Of a DNA stretch of 64,000 bases, positions 12,021-27,824 are shown in pieces. Under the pieces are notes generated by a model, which had not been told where the DNA came from, did not search any database, and saw only the letters and a program-made list of their open reading frames with translations. The translations under genes were made by a program, and so were the position numbers. Numbering within the stretch: position 1 is the first letter of the stretch; every line of letters starts with the position of its first letter. The stretch lies in contig NMRA01000013.1 in NCBI GenBank assembly GCA_002633005.1, forward strand, positions 168,033 through 232,032. Direction: 5' to 3'. The DNA comes from Phoronis australis (Eukaryota; Animalia; Phoronida).

Positions 12021-12944
12021 CTAAAAGACTGTCGGTGCTACGATTTGTGATGATCCGATGTACGTGTCGAATGGGGGTACTCAAAGTATCCACAGTCATA
12101 AACAAAGAATTCATAGTTTTTTTGAGTTCAAGTTTTACTCGTGAACCGTCACAGTACTACCTCTGAAATAAGCAAAAATAAACGTTGCGAACATCGTTTG
12201 AAATGGGAACAGCCTACTACTCACCATTCGGTTCGCCATTCCCAAGGTTCACTACTTCGAAGGTTCACTACTACGAAATGATCTAACTTTTTCAACTCAC
12301 GTGTAATTTGTACACTTTTACATGCAAAAATGAATGATAATACACTGAACGGTGTACCTATACCAAACAACGAACGCCCGAATATTAAAATACTTTGTTT
12401 GGATTTCATGCGCATGCGAAATTGCCTGCATGTCTTACGAACACAGAAAATGAGAACTTTATTGCCTTTTAAAAAATATGGAGTGGGACCATTGACGAAT
12501 TATCAACTACAATACATTCATCAAATCCATATCATGGTCGCATCATTTCACAGCGCGACTGAAAAGTCTAGGGTCGCTGCGCCTGAACCTCACCCACCGG
12601 AACCATGCACACCGCGGGTCGAAATTAAATGTAGTTAGCAGGCTACCCTGTCCCTCCCAGTCTTCAGGAGGTCAGTGAGCCACATTCAGTCCGTTGGTCG
12701 CTGCAGCCCTGACCCGTGCGCCAGATGTTGTCCACTTGCTTGAGAATGAGTCGTTACGTATGTTCAAGAATCGCGATTGGCAGTGATTGGAACTGAGCTC
12801 ATTTGTAAACAATGAAATCAACTGTAACTAGACGAAGTCTACTTTTGCACACCCTTTCAATGGTGACTAAATAGACACTAATACAATAATTTATTCATGT
12901 TTGTTACGACTTATTAGCACTAGAGACAATCAGAATATAACGAC

Positions 12945-13009
12945 GAACAGTATGGCTCAGTGGTTTGAGGTCGGGGCTACTGTTTGGAAAACCCGAGTTC
13001 GAATCCTGG
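12945..13009 (+). mobile_element. tRNA-derived SINE head / tRNA pseudogene fragment
   Basis: Pol III A box TGGCTCAGTGG (12953) and B box GAGTTCGAATCC (12995) at tRNA spacing; no complete cloverleaf. Confidence 0.55.
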
Positions 13010-15357
13010 AAAAAAATTTGTTGTTGTGCATATCTATACTAACTTTAACGGATAGGCTAGGGCTGGAACTTTTTCCCAGGGGGGGGGGGTTCGTTCGAAC
13101 CTTTCGAACCCCCCCCCCTGGCTACGGGCCTGTATTTTTCATCAAGCTAGACTCTCGACTTACACGGTTCTATACAGTCAGCGAACCCGACAGTTACACT
13201 TGTCATTTTTATAAGCACCGAACTGTGGCCCTGGGTGGATGCCTGGTGTAGTTTGGCTTCTGATGTGTGTTATCACTGTTTTCAATTGCTTCTATAATAA
13301 TTCATTTGTACAATGTTTATCTATTGCCCAGATGCCGTTTTTTTGTTAATTCAATTTCTGAGAAGAAGTCCCACTGTTATCTGTAGTATTTACCCATAAA
13401 GGTTTACCTTGTAAAAGACAGCGTACAGTGTATTTGCCGATTGCCCCGTTTTGGCGGACCGTCCCATTTTTTGATTTTTTCACCATCCCGCCACACAATC
13501 TAAATCTCCCGCTTTTTGACACACGGCCAAATTGATACATACTCACATATTATTGTAATTTCCCATGCAACACCGCCATATTTTCTCTCTCGAGTGAAAT
13601 GAAAAAAACAGTACGTTTCATGTTTTTTGCGGTACCGCAATTTCCCATTCAAATATAAAAACAACAACAAAAACAGTAACAACAACAACAAAAACTACAA
13701 CGGAAACGCTTTTGAGCATTTTTGGGGGGCACATCTCCCGTTCGACAAAAAACGCTATCGGTACGTCTTTGTGTGTTGCAGCGAACATTTTACTCTTACC
13801 TCTTAGCTTAGACCCAGATGTCCCGCTTTTTATTCTAAAGTCCAGCTTTTCAATCCAGTTGTTCTGTTTGTTTTTTTTCGTTCTTGAATGTTGACTGTGA
13901 CAATTATGCATCAGGTGTTCAAAATAACATTTTCTCTTTTATTGTTATTTTTCAGAGTCCACTTTCTTTGGTAACATAATCATAAAAATGGTTTCCAATG
14001 TTTCTTGTTTACGGTAACATACACTGACTACATTTATCAGAATCACTGACTTACTTTCTGAAAAAAAGTTTATTTCTAAACTTTTATGGAGGGCCGTGCA
14101 CAGCAACCAATGAGATGTGCTATCCACAGTATATTTCAAAGATACCTGACAGATGTATGCCCAATTTTTATCTAACAGAAAATCCTTATCTGCAAATTTC
14201 GGGTAGATTCTTAAAGTAGTTTATCGAATTTTTTTGTAAAAGTCACTGCATCCTGAATTTTCACTGAAGAATGTAATTGTATCAACCGGCACCAAAGGTC
14301 CAATTAATTATAATATAAAAATGTAAAACTTGTGTGAACCCTGACTAAATTATCGACAGCAAGTGTGAGGGATTTTCTAAAACCTTTGTCTTTATAGGGT
14401 AGAAATCTGTTGAATCAATGAAATTATTTCCCTTAATAACTAGTTATTTATATAACCTCTCTGGTTCATTTCCTTTTTACTACTACACGTTGTTATTTTT
14501 CGCATTTTGGTAACACTCTTGGTTAAACATACTTTTAAACCAGACTGAGTGAGGTATGGGAAATGATAATTACTCATGAATTAAATTATTTATTATCAAC
14601 AACTGACAAAGGGCTTTCTAATGATTTGGCGGAGTTGCGAAAATTTTTAACGACAGTAAATTCCATTAGCAAATACACACCAGAACAAACGCATGCAAAC
14701 CACTCTCACACATGCACGGCGCAATCTCAGCGTCCGCGAGATTAAAGTCGGCATTCCAGGGCTGCTGGAGTTAAATGTCATGAACAGCCAAACAACAGGG
14801 AACTCAGGTCACGGAAATACTAAGACGGGAATAGTCGATGATTTTCTGATCTCGGCCCAGGTACAAAATTGTACACAAAAAGGCTTCTAGCTTGATAACA
14901 GACAGGACGTAAACAGTATGCCATGTTACATATTTCTTAATTTGGTGTATATTTTCAAGATTTTGAACTAGATTACCCTTTGGGATAAAGACTTTAAAGA
15001 GAAATCTAAAGACATTTTTAGGCAAAGAATATTTCTAGACTTAACGAATGAGAATTTTCTTAAGACAAGGAAAAATCAATGAAAATGTCAAAAGATAAGG
15101 GATAAGTCACAACTTAAAAGAAAATTTAAACTTAAGAAAACGTCCCAAAGAAAATACTGGTAAATATGACTGTTCGTCGTGAGTAGCACACGCACTACAG
15201 TTTGCATCATCTATCATCGGAACTATAACAAACGTAACCATTTTTTATTAGCAGAATTTTGCTCAAATATGCAAGGTTCTATCTTTGACCTTGGGTCTGT
15301 GAATACTAATGTATGAAAAGGTGTCAGATACTCCAACTAGTTGTCCCACTTAACTAC

Positions 15358-15563
15358 GGATCGATTTTCCTCTGGGTTACCCCTTGGCAACAATATGTCG
15401 ATTGCCGTTGTCTTGTCAATATCTATGAAAGTGCATGAGTATAGATTTTAAATACTGGTCCCCCATAACGACGTATCGATATCCATCTAAGTTACCCCCA
15501 CCACCTTGGTGACAATATGTCGATTACGTTGTCATGTCAATATCTAGCAAACAGCATGAGTAT
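15358..15563 (+). repeat. Degenerate tandem dimer, unit about 120 bp
   Basis: GTTACCCC..CTTGG(CA/TG)ACAATATGTCGATT..CGTTGTC.TGTCAATATCTA..AAA..GCATGAGTAT occurs twice. Confidence 0.7.
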
Positions 15564-17196
15564 GCCGACACTTTGATATTGATGACAACTATTTTCATCG
15601 ATAATATGACTTAGTTCTCAGATGTATAGTAAGAAAATGTCAACAATCCAAAAGGAGTCCATCAAGATAAATTGATAGAAAAACATAAAAATTTTGAGTT
15701 AACAAAGGTACAAGCGCGCTGAAGATTTAAGCTACTTTCAATTTGAATCCTTATTTGAGACTGTTTCATGGGTCACCTAAACATAAAGGGCGACAATTCC
15801 TTTTTAAAGCGTTTGGTAAATTTGGTATAATTATTATATGTATGATAGGCAACCAGAAAGTGAACCTGATAAATAAAAATAGCAATCTTTCAAATTGGAA
15901 GTGTGGCGTAGTGATTAAGTAACGAATACTACAATTCTTTATATTAGCACGCCGCTATGTGGGCTGGCTGGCAAAGTTTTACCGATTTCTCGATGAAGAT
16001 AAAGATCGAAGATAATTTACTATATTACAAGCTTAGTTCATATTGTGTTGATGTTAAAAACAACATTCAAGAGCATTCCAGATACACTGTAGTTATTGTT
16101 GTACTGCCGGGTTTATCAAGAATTAAGCATGATAATTATGTAGTATACAGCTGTGATTCATAGATAAGGCCAATTACCATAGGTTGTACATTTTGACCTG
16201 TTCAGTGTTTATGCTGTGGATAACGTTGTGGAAAGATGAAATGATGTGTTGCATGTATTTTCTGGATGCGCAAGGACAATTGAGTGTGGCGAGCACATCT
16301 GTTTTGTTTGATCACATCGGCGCCGCGCCATCTACGGTAGCACCAACATTGCAACCTGGTGTACATCTACTACACGACAGTTGTATAAGTATGAGGGACA
16401 CAGCACCATCACTGTTATGGATAATATCACAGTTAGTCAAATTTACGTTAATTTTGATTCATTTTTTCTGAGGGTGAGGGTGTAAGCGCGAAATTGGACG
16501 GAACGCCGGCCCGGGCTAGGATGACGGAGTGGCGGGGNGGTAGGCTTCGACCGGATAAAGTTTTTCTGCAATTAACATGGTGGCTGTGTCGCCGGGGCCC
16601 GGTGGCTGCGCCAGTCACATTGCTCGTTGGATACTGAATGCCACACAGTGCTGCAATTATGCCTGCACAGAAGTAAATCAGTCTATATTGTTTAGTTCCA
16701 GATTTTCTGTGCCGTGTCATCCGGTATTCGAATATACACGTACCTTTTGTCAAGAAAGAGAGTTTTGTGCGGTTTATGAACTGTTTGTATGTTTGCATGC
16801 AAAATCGTTGCCTCAAGGCTGTCGGCTGACAAACTATTCTGATATTTATATGCGTAGACCTCCCTTTAATTTTGCCGCCAAAATGTTGTCCTAACTGAGT
16901 TGCACGCACAGTTACGTACCCCCGTTGAGTAACCATTACTCGGAAACACCTTCCACTAATCAATGAACTTCAGGCATAATATCACGTGACAATACAAGAA
17001 CACAAATAGGTGTGCCGAGATGGTATCGTCTTGGAAACAGTCGACTCGACCGTCGCTATGTTACCGCCGTGTTCGTGTCTGTTGATTGGACAGTACAAAA
17101 GGTCATATTGCACGCATTCTAGGCATTTCAACTCTCACAGTCGACTTTGCCGGTTGTTCGTAACTGATTTTGTAGACCAAATTCTAAAACAACAGA

Positions 17197-17253
17197 ATGC
17201 GTGAAATCGTACATTTACAAGCTGGACAGTGCGGAAACCAAATTGGAGCTAAG
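17197..17253 (+). CDS. TUBB: Beta-tubulin exon 1 (gene 17197..19699, 446 aa)
   Basis: MREIVHLQAGQCGNQIGAK followed by donor GTAAGT; MREI autoregulatory motif. Confidence 0.97.
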
Positions 17254-17713
17254 GTAAGTTTAGTTGATTGCACCAAATTTTGTCCGAAATTGTCGTCTTT
17301 AGCTGCGTATTTCGTTGAATTTCTGCTTGGGCGTTTCTCACGTTCTGTTTCTCACCTCCGAAGTGGAACTAGCCGGGGAAGCGGGGTACAGCCTATTTCA
17401 CTGCCATCGTGCTCAGTCGACTAACTTTAGTGCGTCCTAGAATGTTTACTTCAAATAAGTGATTGTTTTGAGATTCTTATAACTGCCACCCGTTCGGCCT
17501 GAAATGGAAATTAAGCGTTAAGTCACGCTAGCTACGTGAAATTGACCAGCACTTGGTGAAGGTTGCGGAATGCCAGTTGCGACTAATTTTCAAGAGCAGA
17601 AATAAATATAAATATCAGCAATACAAAAGTGACGGGTATGTTAACAAGTGCTAACAGTTCTTGGTTGTCAACTCCACTTCCTGTGTGGTAACTTGGTTAT
17701 TATTCAGCACTAA

Positions 17714-17911
<198 letters not shown>

Positions 17912-18253
17912 TGAGCGTGACTCATCCGTATTGTTATCCTACCCGATGGTTCAGGGGTTGCCCTTTCAACTGTAGCGACCTGGAATTGTTTTTAATTCAA
18001 ATTGACCAATAGGATATCGTCTTTTGAACATGAGGTGGATTACGTCATCACTGTTAGTACTTGACGACCATGTGTCTGTGTACTCAGGGCTAATGGTAAT
18101 ACTGTCTGTCCTTGTTAAATATTGATCTCCTACTTGTTTCAATGGGGGTTTCTATGGCACGGATATATTTGTAGATTCCATACTGAAATCGTTAATAGAT
18201 ATTCACACTGTATTGGAAACTCCGTTGGGATCTCAATTTTGTGTGTTTACTGA

Positions 18254-18751
<498 letters not shown>

Positions 18752-18871
18752 TGAACTAAAAATAACGCGGTCTTAAATTAATGGTTTTCACAATGTGGAG
18801 TATATGTACCCCACTACTATAAATTTTTTTCTTGACTTGAGGAGACCTGAAACTTAACCATGTCACATTAA

Positions 18872-19699
<828 letters not shown>

Positions 19700-19807
19700 A
19701 GCAATCTGTAAACGAGGCAGTCAACGGCAATAGTTCAGTATTCAATCGTGCTCAAGTAAATTACTTGATTGGTTTTGTTTTCAAGTTTTATCGAAAGTGC
19801 AATAGCT

Positions 19808-19813
19808 AATAAA
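19808..19813 (+). terminator. Polyadenylation signal of beta-tubulin
   Basis: AATAAA about 110 nt after the stop, followed by T/GT-rich sequence. Confidence 0.7.
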
Positions 19814-22410
19814 AATCTTATTTTCTCATAATGATGTCTTGTCATTGATAGTTGCCTGGTGCCTCCAAAATCCACTAGCAATTACAGAAATTAGATTAAT
19901 GTTCACAACGCGTCGTTGTGAGTGCTTCTATAGTCTAACAAATCTCGTAGGGCATAAAGGCATAGCTGGTATTTGGTAGAGGTACACAGACCACAATTTT
20001 GTTAGTGTTTCAAGACCACTGAAGTTATTGGTCGGTGACGTTGGAATGCTGAATTATGGAACAGACTTCATTGTCTCCTTTACATAGTCTGAGAGATTTT
20101 GTCTTTTATCTATGGAACTCGGTGGGCCTACTGTTTGTGTGTGCTCCGGCTCGTATGATTCGAACCTCTCGTAGCTACGAATTTTGCCTCAAAATTATTT
20201 CTAGACAAATATTAAGTGATCTCGGGGATTCAATAGAACTGACTGGTCGTTCGTGGTTGAGACCAGGCTCTGTAACTAGTTTACTTTCACGGCCCGGCTT
20301 GTAATTTCATACGCCGCACTTGGTGTCCATAAAAATACGGCCTGTTCATTGCAAACTCAGAAATCACTTCTCATCTGAGTTAGAAATAGGTTTACACGAA
20401 CTTTGAGGCGGTAATTGTTCTAAATTAACGCTTCATACATCCTGTAGACGTTACGCGGCTGTAGCGGCAGCCCTCATCAATATCAGTCACACAGTTTCGA
20501 ACGGTTTTTGAAAAGCCCTACAAACGCAAGCAAGCTTTTAAATGCCGAGACTTATCAAGTCTGGCACAATTCATTGCATATTGCAATCTCTTACGCGCCC
20601 GAGTACGTTATCTATTGTAAACGAAAATATACACCTATGCTTCTTTACCTCACTGAGCTGTGTTCATAATCATGTGATCTGCTTTTAAAAAAGCAAGGTA
20701 TGAGACAAGTTGGCGTGTGAACTGTTCGTTTCTCAGATTTTACTCTGAAATGACAAATGTTTGCTATCAAATCCACTTTTCCAGAACTGACAAAATCCGA
20801 AGTGACGTCTTCATTTTTGACGAACGATAGTCTCCGCTGCTCGAACGAATGTCAAAAGTCTGAGACGCAATTACCTAGTCGGTCATTGACCATTCAACAA
20901 TTGCAGGAAATTTCCATTAATCGATGTTCAAACTGTGTAAACATCGAAAATCAAAAGGCCTGAAATGAATGTCCGATAAAAATTTCCCACATGAATACAA
21001 TAAAATGAAAGTGTTCCAGAAAAGCTGCATATCTTCCCCATAGAGAATGCGTTTGTGCAGTTTTATGTGTATACAAGAGCATGAAAACCGCAGATAATTT
21101 GGAACAAAAGATGGATATTGAAATGTGTTGATTTTTGATAAATATCGTTGGATCTAGGCTACATGTTTAATAATTAAGAGCAGTCTTAATCACATTTTTC
21201 GAAGGAAAATCTCTGCTTAGGTGTGTAGCAATTGCAGATTCTAAAAAACTAATGAAAATTCGGACAAACAAGAAACAATCAGGCAGCGCAGTATACAATG
21301 GGATAAAAACAGGAAATATCGGAGAAGCTGCGTAAAAAGCGATAAAAAATGAAAAGAAAACTCAGTGTGCAAACTATTCACGTGGGAAAAACGATTGTAC
21401 CTCGATGGAGAGTGCATGTCACAACACGCTTACAACTAGTAGTACCATAGCAAGCATGGGTCTCGTGTTTGGGACAAGCGTACCAGGTTGTGTGTGTGTG
21501 ACCAAAACTATGGCCACAACATCATATTATTCCAGACAGGCCCGTGAAAAGGCAAAACATATAGGAGCGGGAAATAATTCTCCAAACATTTTACCCGGAC
21601 CCCCACGTGGCTCCAAATTTGAGATTCACCTTGTCGACACCACGTCAAGTGTCCCCCGATCATTGTCAATTTCACAGAATCGCACACAGAGGCGTGTGGA
21701 TTTTGCTGTCCGAGGGCAAACTCCGGGAATCCAACCGCGTACCAAAAACTCGGACACTATGCCTCAGTAAAAATTCACGAGGAAGGAACACTCGTTAGTC
21801 TAGACCTGCCTTCACTGAAAACGTTACGCGAGTTATGCGTTTAGGTTGTGGTATTTACTTTCAGTGGTTTATTTTTATGAAATTTTCTATATTGAAGTTT
21901 AAAAAAGACGCTATGACAAAATAACGTTTTAGGGGAACGGGGTAAGAAACTCTTGAGAGAAATATAGCCACCTTACAATTTGCGTATACAGAACATCCTC
22001 TCCAGCGGAAATTTCCGGTTAGCGGCTTGTCTATTTTGATGTGAAAATGAGACCTAAGGTCAAAATTAATTTAATTAAGGCTCAGTTTGGAGAAAAGTCA
22101 CTTTATTCAAGTCAATGCTTTGAGAGTACACTTTGAAGGCGCGGTTCCAGGGACGCTGGTATGTTGCCCGGTAAGGAATGTTTCAAAATCCATTGTTGAA
22201 ACAAGCGTAAACAAGCTTCTGCTGGCTGCCCCTCTCCTTCCCTCCCCCTGACTGACCGAATTATTTCGTCAACCTACGTCAAATTAGCCGAAACAACATT
22301 CCTTAGACTGAAATTATTTCATATTGTCAGAAATCACTTTACTGTTTGGTGGTCGGTTGATACATGTAGAGTACATGTACTCCTCGAATTCAATTCAGCC
22401 TGCATCTACA

Positions 22411-22681
22411 CACGCGCGCACCCAGCCTAAAATATTGGGGAGGGCCCGATTTAATCGATACGAGGACCTTTTACTGACAAAGCAAAACGAGCCTCAGGAC
22501 TAAAAAAAAAAACGGGGCACTAGCTAGGTTCAAACCTATGAATTGCCCTTTCGCGTCGAATTTCTGTGGAATTTTGTCTCGTTTTCTCGGACTTTTTCTT
22601 TCTCCGAGGTGGACCTTTTTGCCCAATTTGCCAAATGGGAAGCTCGTTCGAGCCCCCAAGCACCCTCTGGGTGCGCGCATG
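22411..22681 (+). mobile_element. ~270-bp MITE (CA[C/T]GCGCGCACCCAG family)
   Basis: TIRs CACGCGCGCACCCAG / CTGGGTGCGCGCATG; flanks CTACA / GTACA; inverted relative at 24169-24404. Confidence 0.8.
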
Positions 22682-23523
22682 GTACACATGTACGTTCAAT
22701 TATTACAAGATTAGCTTATAGTAGTAAAAATCGTCTTCGTAGATACATTATAAAACATGTAACTCAGCCAAAAATGAACCAGACCTTTTGGTTGATCATA
22801 AGTTGATCGTACATGTAGATTTTATATGCCTTTCATGTCAACCATTTCCATGAAATAATATGAGACAAAAGGTTGATAAGAACTCATGTTGAGGGGTAGA
22901 TAATTTTTCATGCATCAGGTTTATCATTAATCATCATGTCTACTTCTTATCACCGATGAAAATGATCAAAATAGGTGAATGGGATTCTACTATATGAATG
23001 ACAATTTATCATACAGGCCTGCCACCTGGCGTGAATTCGTGTCAACCAAAATGTGAGTGTACCGTTATCATTACAAAACATTCCAAAATTTAAACATAAT
23101 GCATAATATGTGATTGTCGGCGGCCGGGGTTGACCTTCCTACAAAACTACATTAATCTTGGTGTTTTTCTCATGATCAACTCTGCAATAAACCCAATATC
23201 AGATAACAGTTATATTGGTAAGAGACATTCATTCGGTCACTTAAGACAGAATATAGTGCTTGCCCGGCAACAGAAGAAGTTGTTCTCCCTGCCCCCTGTA
23301 AGTGATTTATTGCGCACCCAAGTGAGCAGAATTAATGGTCACTGGGAGGGGTAATCACTCCTGGGTAAAATTTTGTGACGCGACCGGCAATTGGAAGGAG
23401 GGAGGTAGCAGGCGAATGCAGTGGCGATCAGGCGCATGTACTTGGTCACAGCCTGTGAAAGTGCCTGACTCACTGGCAGCTCATACGGGAGGTGACCACG
23501 GTTTGTCGTCAGTGAAAGTGTGT

Positions 23524-23664
23524 CATGGGCGGCGCACCATGGGGGGGGGGGGCTATGGCCCCACTTATTTCAGTGCTGCGGCGCCGCCCATGGTGTATGG
23601 GCGGTGCACCACAGGGGGCCCTAGGGGGCTACAGCCCCTCTTTTTTAGTGCTGCGCCGCCCATG
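23524..23664 (+). mobile_element. Tandem pair of ~68-bp micro-MITEs
   Basis: Two head-to-tail [C/T]ATGGGCGG...CCGCCCATG units (23524-23592 and 23596-23664), jointly flanked by TGTGT. Confidence 0.85.
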
Positions 23665-24168
23665 TGTGTGCCAGGGCATTTGGGTAGGCCAACGTACAGA
23701 GATTGTAGCGCAAATGGCCTCTCACACACTGCATATCAAAACGCTTGATTCGTCTTCAGGGTCTTCGAATCGGGAGTATTGCTTATCGATATAAACCAGA
23801 AGAATGAAATCTCTACCCAAGCAGCAGAGTAGCAGGAAGTGGGGGAGCCCAATGGCCAGCTCGTTTAAATACAATTCAAAGTCTGCCTTAAGTCCTGCGT
23901 ACTTGAAACTAGTCCGTGAAAACTCGTCATGCACAATTTTTTTTCAAATTGATTCCTATTTCTGAATTCAAGAAAACGCTGCGTACAGTAGGTCCTGCGT
24001 GGACCTTTTTCTGACTATTAATGAAGTCACCAATCGCCCTATTTTCCTTTTTTTGAAATTGTATATCACTTGATGTAATTTGGGAAACAGGTGGGGAGGG
24101 GGCTCTAATTATGGTAGTAATTGCTGCTCATCATCTGTTTCTATTCTTTCTAATTGGTATACACTATA

Positions 24169-24404
24169 CATGCTCGAACGAGCCCCCCATTCGGAGAAGT
24201 GGGCAAAAAGGTCCGCGCGTGAGAAACAAAAAGTCCGAGAAAATGAGACAAAAGTCCACTAAACAAGCACAAACGCGCAATTCACAGTGGTGCGCCCGTT
24301 TTTTTTTGTTTTTTTTTGTTTTTTAGTCCGCCGGCTATTTGTTACCAAACGGTCCACAACGTTAGGAATTCGACCCCTCATGTTGAAGGCTGGGTGCGCG
24401 CATG
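24169..24404 (-). mobile_element. MITE of the same family as 22411-22681, with a deletion inside one TIR
   Basis: Reverse-complement homology along its length; ends CATGC...CTGGGTGCGCGCATG; perfect CTATA duplication. Confidence 0.8.
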
Positions 24405-26254
24405 CTATAGGGGCTTCAGCGCCATCTATTGGAGGGTCACGACTCGAGGAATGGAACTATCTCTTTTCTATTTTTTCAATGATAGAGCCTTTCATTTTAC
24501 GGAGATCCTTTTCAGACAGGGTCCTCTCTTCAGCTGTAGGGTCTACCTGGGGCAATTGCTCATATTTACCCCTTACAAAAGGGGAAGTAAATAAAAGTCC
24601 AAACTGCGGCTCATAAAACCCACAGCATGATCATACAAAGCGAAGCAGTATCAAGACATGCACCCCAAACAACCAAAAATGAGAGATTATGTTGGAAAAC
24701 ACAATACCATAGACCGCCCTATTTGTGAGAGAATGGAAGTTTTAGATATTATTGACTTAAACAGAGACAGTATTCTCGGTAGTTATATAAAGATTAACAT
24801 GTTTAAACCTTTCCAAACGATTCTAAAATAGCGCTTCTTCGAAGATCGCTTTTAGGAAAGAAAGAATTGTTGATGGAAAGTGTTTTGTAGGGTTCGCACG
24901 TGACGGTCAGACCGGCTCGGCTGTAGGGAGTATCACTTTATAAGTCTGCATTGCAGTGTACATCAGGCTCAAAGTGAATGTACTAGCAATCGCAAACACA
25001 TATTTCAGCGAGTTTTGAATGTCAGATTTACTCGTAAACCCTACCACTGAAATGGACTGGAATTCACGTGGACACGAATAAATCTCGAAAAATTCTTGGG
25101 AAAGGGCCATCACTAACCGTCCCTGGAATGTCAGATTAGGAAGCGAAAGTTCAACCTCTTCCTTGGTAGTAAAATTCGATTTTTATTCCGTCAAGTCTCC
25201 ACGCACGATAATGCAGTTCCACCTCTCTCAAAAAATTACTGGGAAGATATTCTACAGAACTGTGCTCAGTTGGCATATAACCTATCATCTCTGCAACGGT
25301 ATTAAATTTTCCAGCAATAGCGAAACGATCAAAAATATTATTTGGTTCAATTTTCGAATCTAGAGTTTGCCCAACAAAAGCGGGTTATTGTCTGTTAATA
25401 AATAGAAATTGAACTGCCAAAAATCCTTCTGTGCATGCCATGTCTGGAAAGCAGAAGTTGGCTGTGTACAGTTTAACTGTATCTCTTCCTGATAATACGT
25501 ACATTTAGGCTGTGGGCTATAAATTAATTTCTTGGGGTAGACCAGGTTTTACACTAGTAATAGATGTATCCATTACAAGTAGGTTCAGTAAGTCTGGTCT
25601 GCTTGTATTTGTGAATATGTTGTCGGTCAATGAGAAAAGTGCACGAGTTCGGCAATAGTCACACTCTTTAAAATCATGGTGGCCCCTGTAACATTGCTGC
25701 ATTATTGTTCAGCGGCTAAAAAATCTGCTGCGATTTCACTATGTAGCCCTTACACAACCAAGAATTGAAAAATATCTGATCTAAGGCATTAGTTTTGTAC
25801 TACAATTGTGGAGTTGGTACTGATAAATTGTCCTTCAGAATCTGTCCATCAATGACAAAAAAGTGGTGATTTTGGGCTGAAAACTGTCAATTTTGCGTTT
25901 TTGCCACCTTTTGGCAGAGCTTTGTTTCATTTTTCGATCGAATTCAATGGACCAAAAATACGATACAGAATTAAGCTTTTATCTTGTTTAGCGCTTTTGA
26001 GTTCTGACTCACAACTTTTCATTTTGTTTTCAGAGTCTTCGACAGAGTAGAAGAAATAAAGGTGCGCCAAGCAAAACCCAGCGAGAATGCTCATGTAACA
26101 ATTAAAGGAGAATGTCACCCGATAATGGATTTAATTAGTCTTTTTCACCGTCTTAATCGGTCTATATGCACATCACCTCGTATACGGTCGATCTTACCTC
26201 GCCGAGAGGTGTCGCGTTAACCTGTGAGGAAGAGAAACGACGCAGCGACATTTA

Positions 26255-26650
26255 GTGGTTCTTCTGGACTCCTATCTTTTGCGTGATATTTCATACATCT
26301 TTTTAGCAGCTTTGGCTAAATTACGTTACTCCAACCATAACTTGATGACAGAGAAAGGTAGACATGGCTCTTGTGGACCAAAAATGTGTTGTTTCTGTGT
26401 GTCCATAATTGAAGATGAATACCATATGTGTTTGTAAAAAATACTGTTCTCTGAGAACTGCATTTATACCTGAGTGGTGCTGGCGTAAACCAAATACAGT
26501 GTAAACATAAATTTGTAAAGCTCAGAAATTTGTATTTCACGCCACTGCCCTCAGGGAAAAGCTGCTCAGCGTTATCCTGTAAATTTTATGCAACATGTGG
26601 GCCAAGGCCTTAAATTTTGAAATAAATAGATAGAAAGAGATAGATAGAAA
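26255..26650 (+). mobile_element. Non-LTR retrotransposon 3' remnant (RTEX/CR1-group-like)
   Basis: Peptide ALAKLRYSNHNLMTEKGRH...CCFCVSIIEDEYH resembles the C-terminal zinc-knuckle region of LINE ORF2; followed by AATAAA and a (TAGA)n tail. Confidence 0.7.
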
Positions 26651-27757
26651 TACCTCGTAATTATGCTACAAATGAATAGTTTACCTGTGAAATATTTATC
26701 AATTCGTCAATTACAACCAAACGAATATAGGGTTGCCGAGATTTACACAGCATTATTTTGTTTCAGACAGCTGAATGGGAAAGTCGTATTTAGTATTTGT
26801 TTATTAGGCCACAACCGGGTTTGGTATCCTTTTAAGGGATGCACCTCACTCAGAAAAATGAACTACAGTCTTAATTATCTATGCTTCTGTTGTTTTACCC
26901 ATGATGCATTCATTGGTTAAATGCTTTAGTCGTCCAACTTGAGTGCGTTAGTTCAAATGTTTATCCATTCATACACAAATCAGGGCAAAACTGTACGCCA
27001 ATGTGTGTATGTTCGGAAAACGTTCCGAATATAGGCCCGTGACCTACTTTGAAACCACGGTAGTGTTTTTTTTTTTCTAGATCTGGGGTTTCCCAAAATC
27101 GTGAATGGTATCAGCGAACGTGGTTTCATTTACTTACATGTGTGTACTGTCACTCATCAAGTCAGATCAGTCTGTGCTTTTAAATGTCCGATTTTAATCA
27201 CCCTGTCTCTGCAACTAAGCAAACACTGATCACGACCTACATGTATTTAAGTGCTTCTTCCGACGGTGCTGTTGAGGCTTCTGTTTCCGAAAGTACACCG
27301 GGGTTACTTTTGGAGTACCAGAAAGGTAATTGTGTCGTTTATTCCAGGAACGATTTTTTTTCCATAATTTACAGGCGTAAAATGCTAATGATTGCTTCTT
27401 CATCATTATTTAGTCCAGTCAGATTCAGTAGACAACCTGCAGCACTATAAATAGTGACCTGTGGATACACCAGGTGGCGCGAGTGCGACAAGAGTCCTCG
27501 TTTCCAGCCTTTGTTAGCAAATGAGTCCGGCAAATATCTCGAATACGAGATGGCCATTTGGTCAAATTTCACCGTACTAAACTGCGATCTGATTTGTTCC
27601 TGTATTTTAAAATTTCAGTTTCTCTCTATTTTTCTCCCCTTTTTCTTTAATTTTTTGAGACAACGTATTCCTTCACTCTGTTTCTTGGGCCGGTAATCTT
27701 TATAAAATACGAAAACAGAACCTCAGTTGCCCTGTGACGGTTCTGATCGCCGGAGTG

Positions 27758-27824
27758 CATGGGCGGCGCACCATAGGGGGCTGGGGGCTTTAGACCCCAG
27801 TTTTTCAGTGCTGCGCCGCCCATG
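27758..27824 (+). mobile_element. ~68-bp micro-MITE
   Basis: CATGGGCGGCGCA...TGCGCCGCCCATG with a perfect GAGTG duplication. Confidence 0.85.

Noticed and set aside
12945-13009. Functional tRNA gene
   Set aside because: A and B boxes are present, but acceptor and anticodon stems cannot be formed; treated as a SINE head. The same applies to 47837-47900.
16448-16963. 171-aa minus-strand ORF upstream of tubulin
   Set aside because: Spans an N junction, has no recognisable motif and has non-coding composition.
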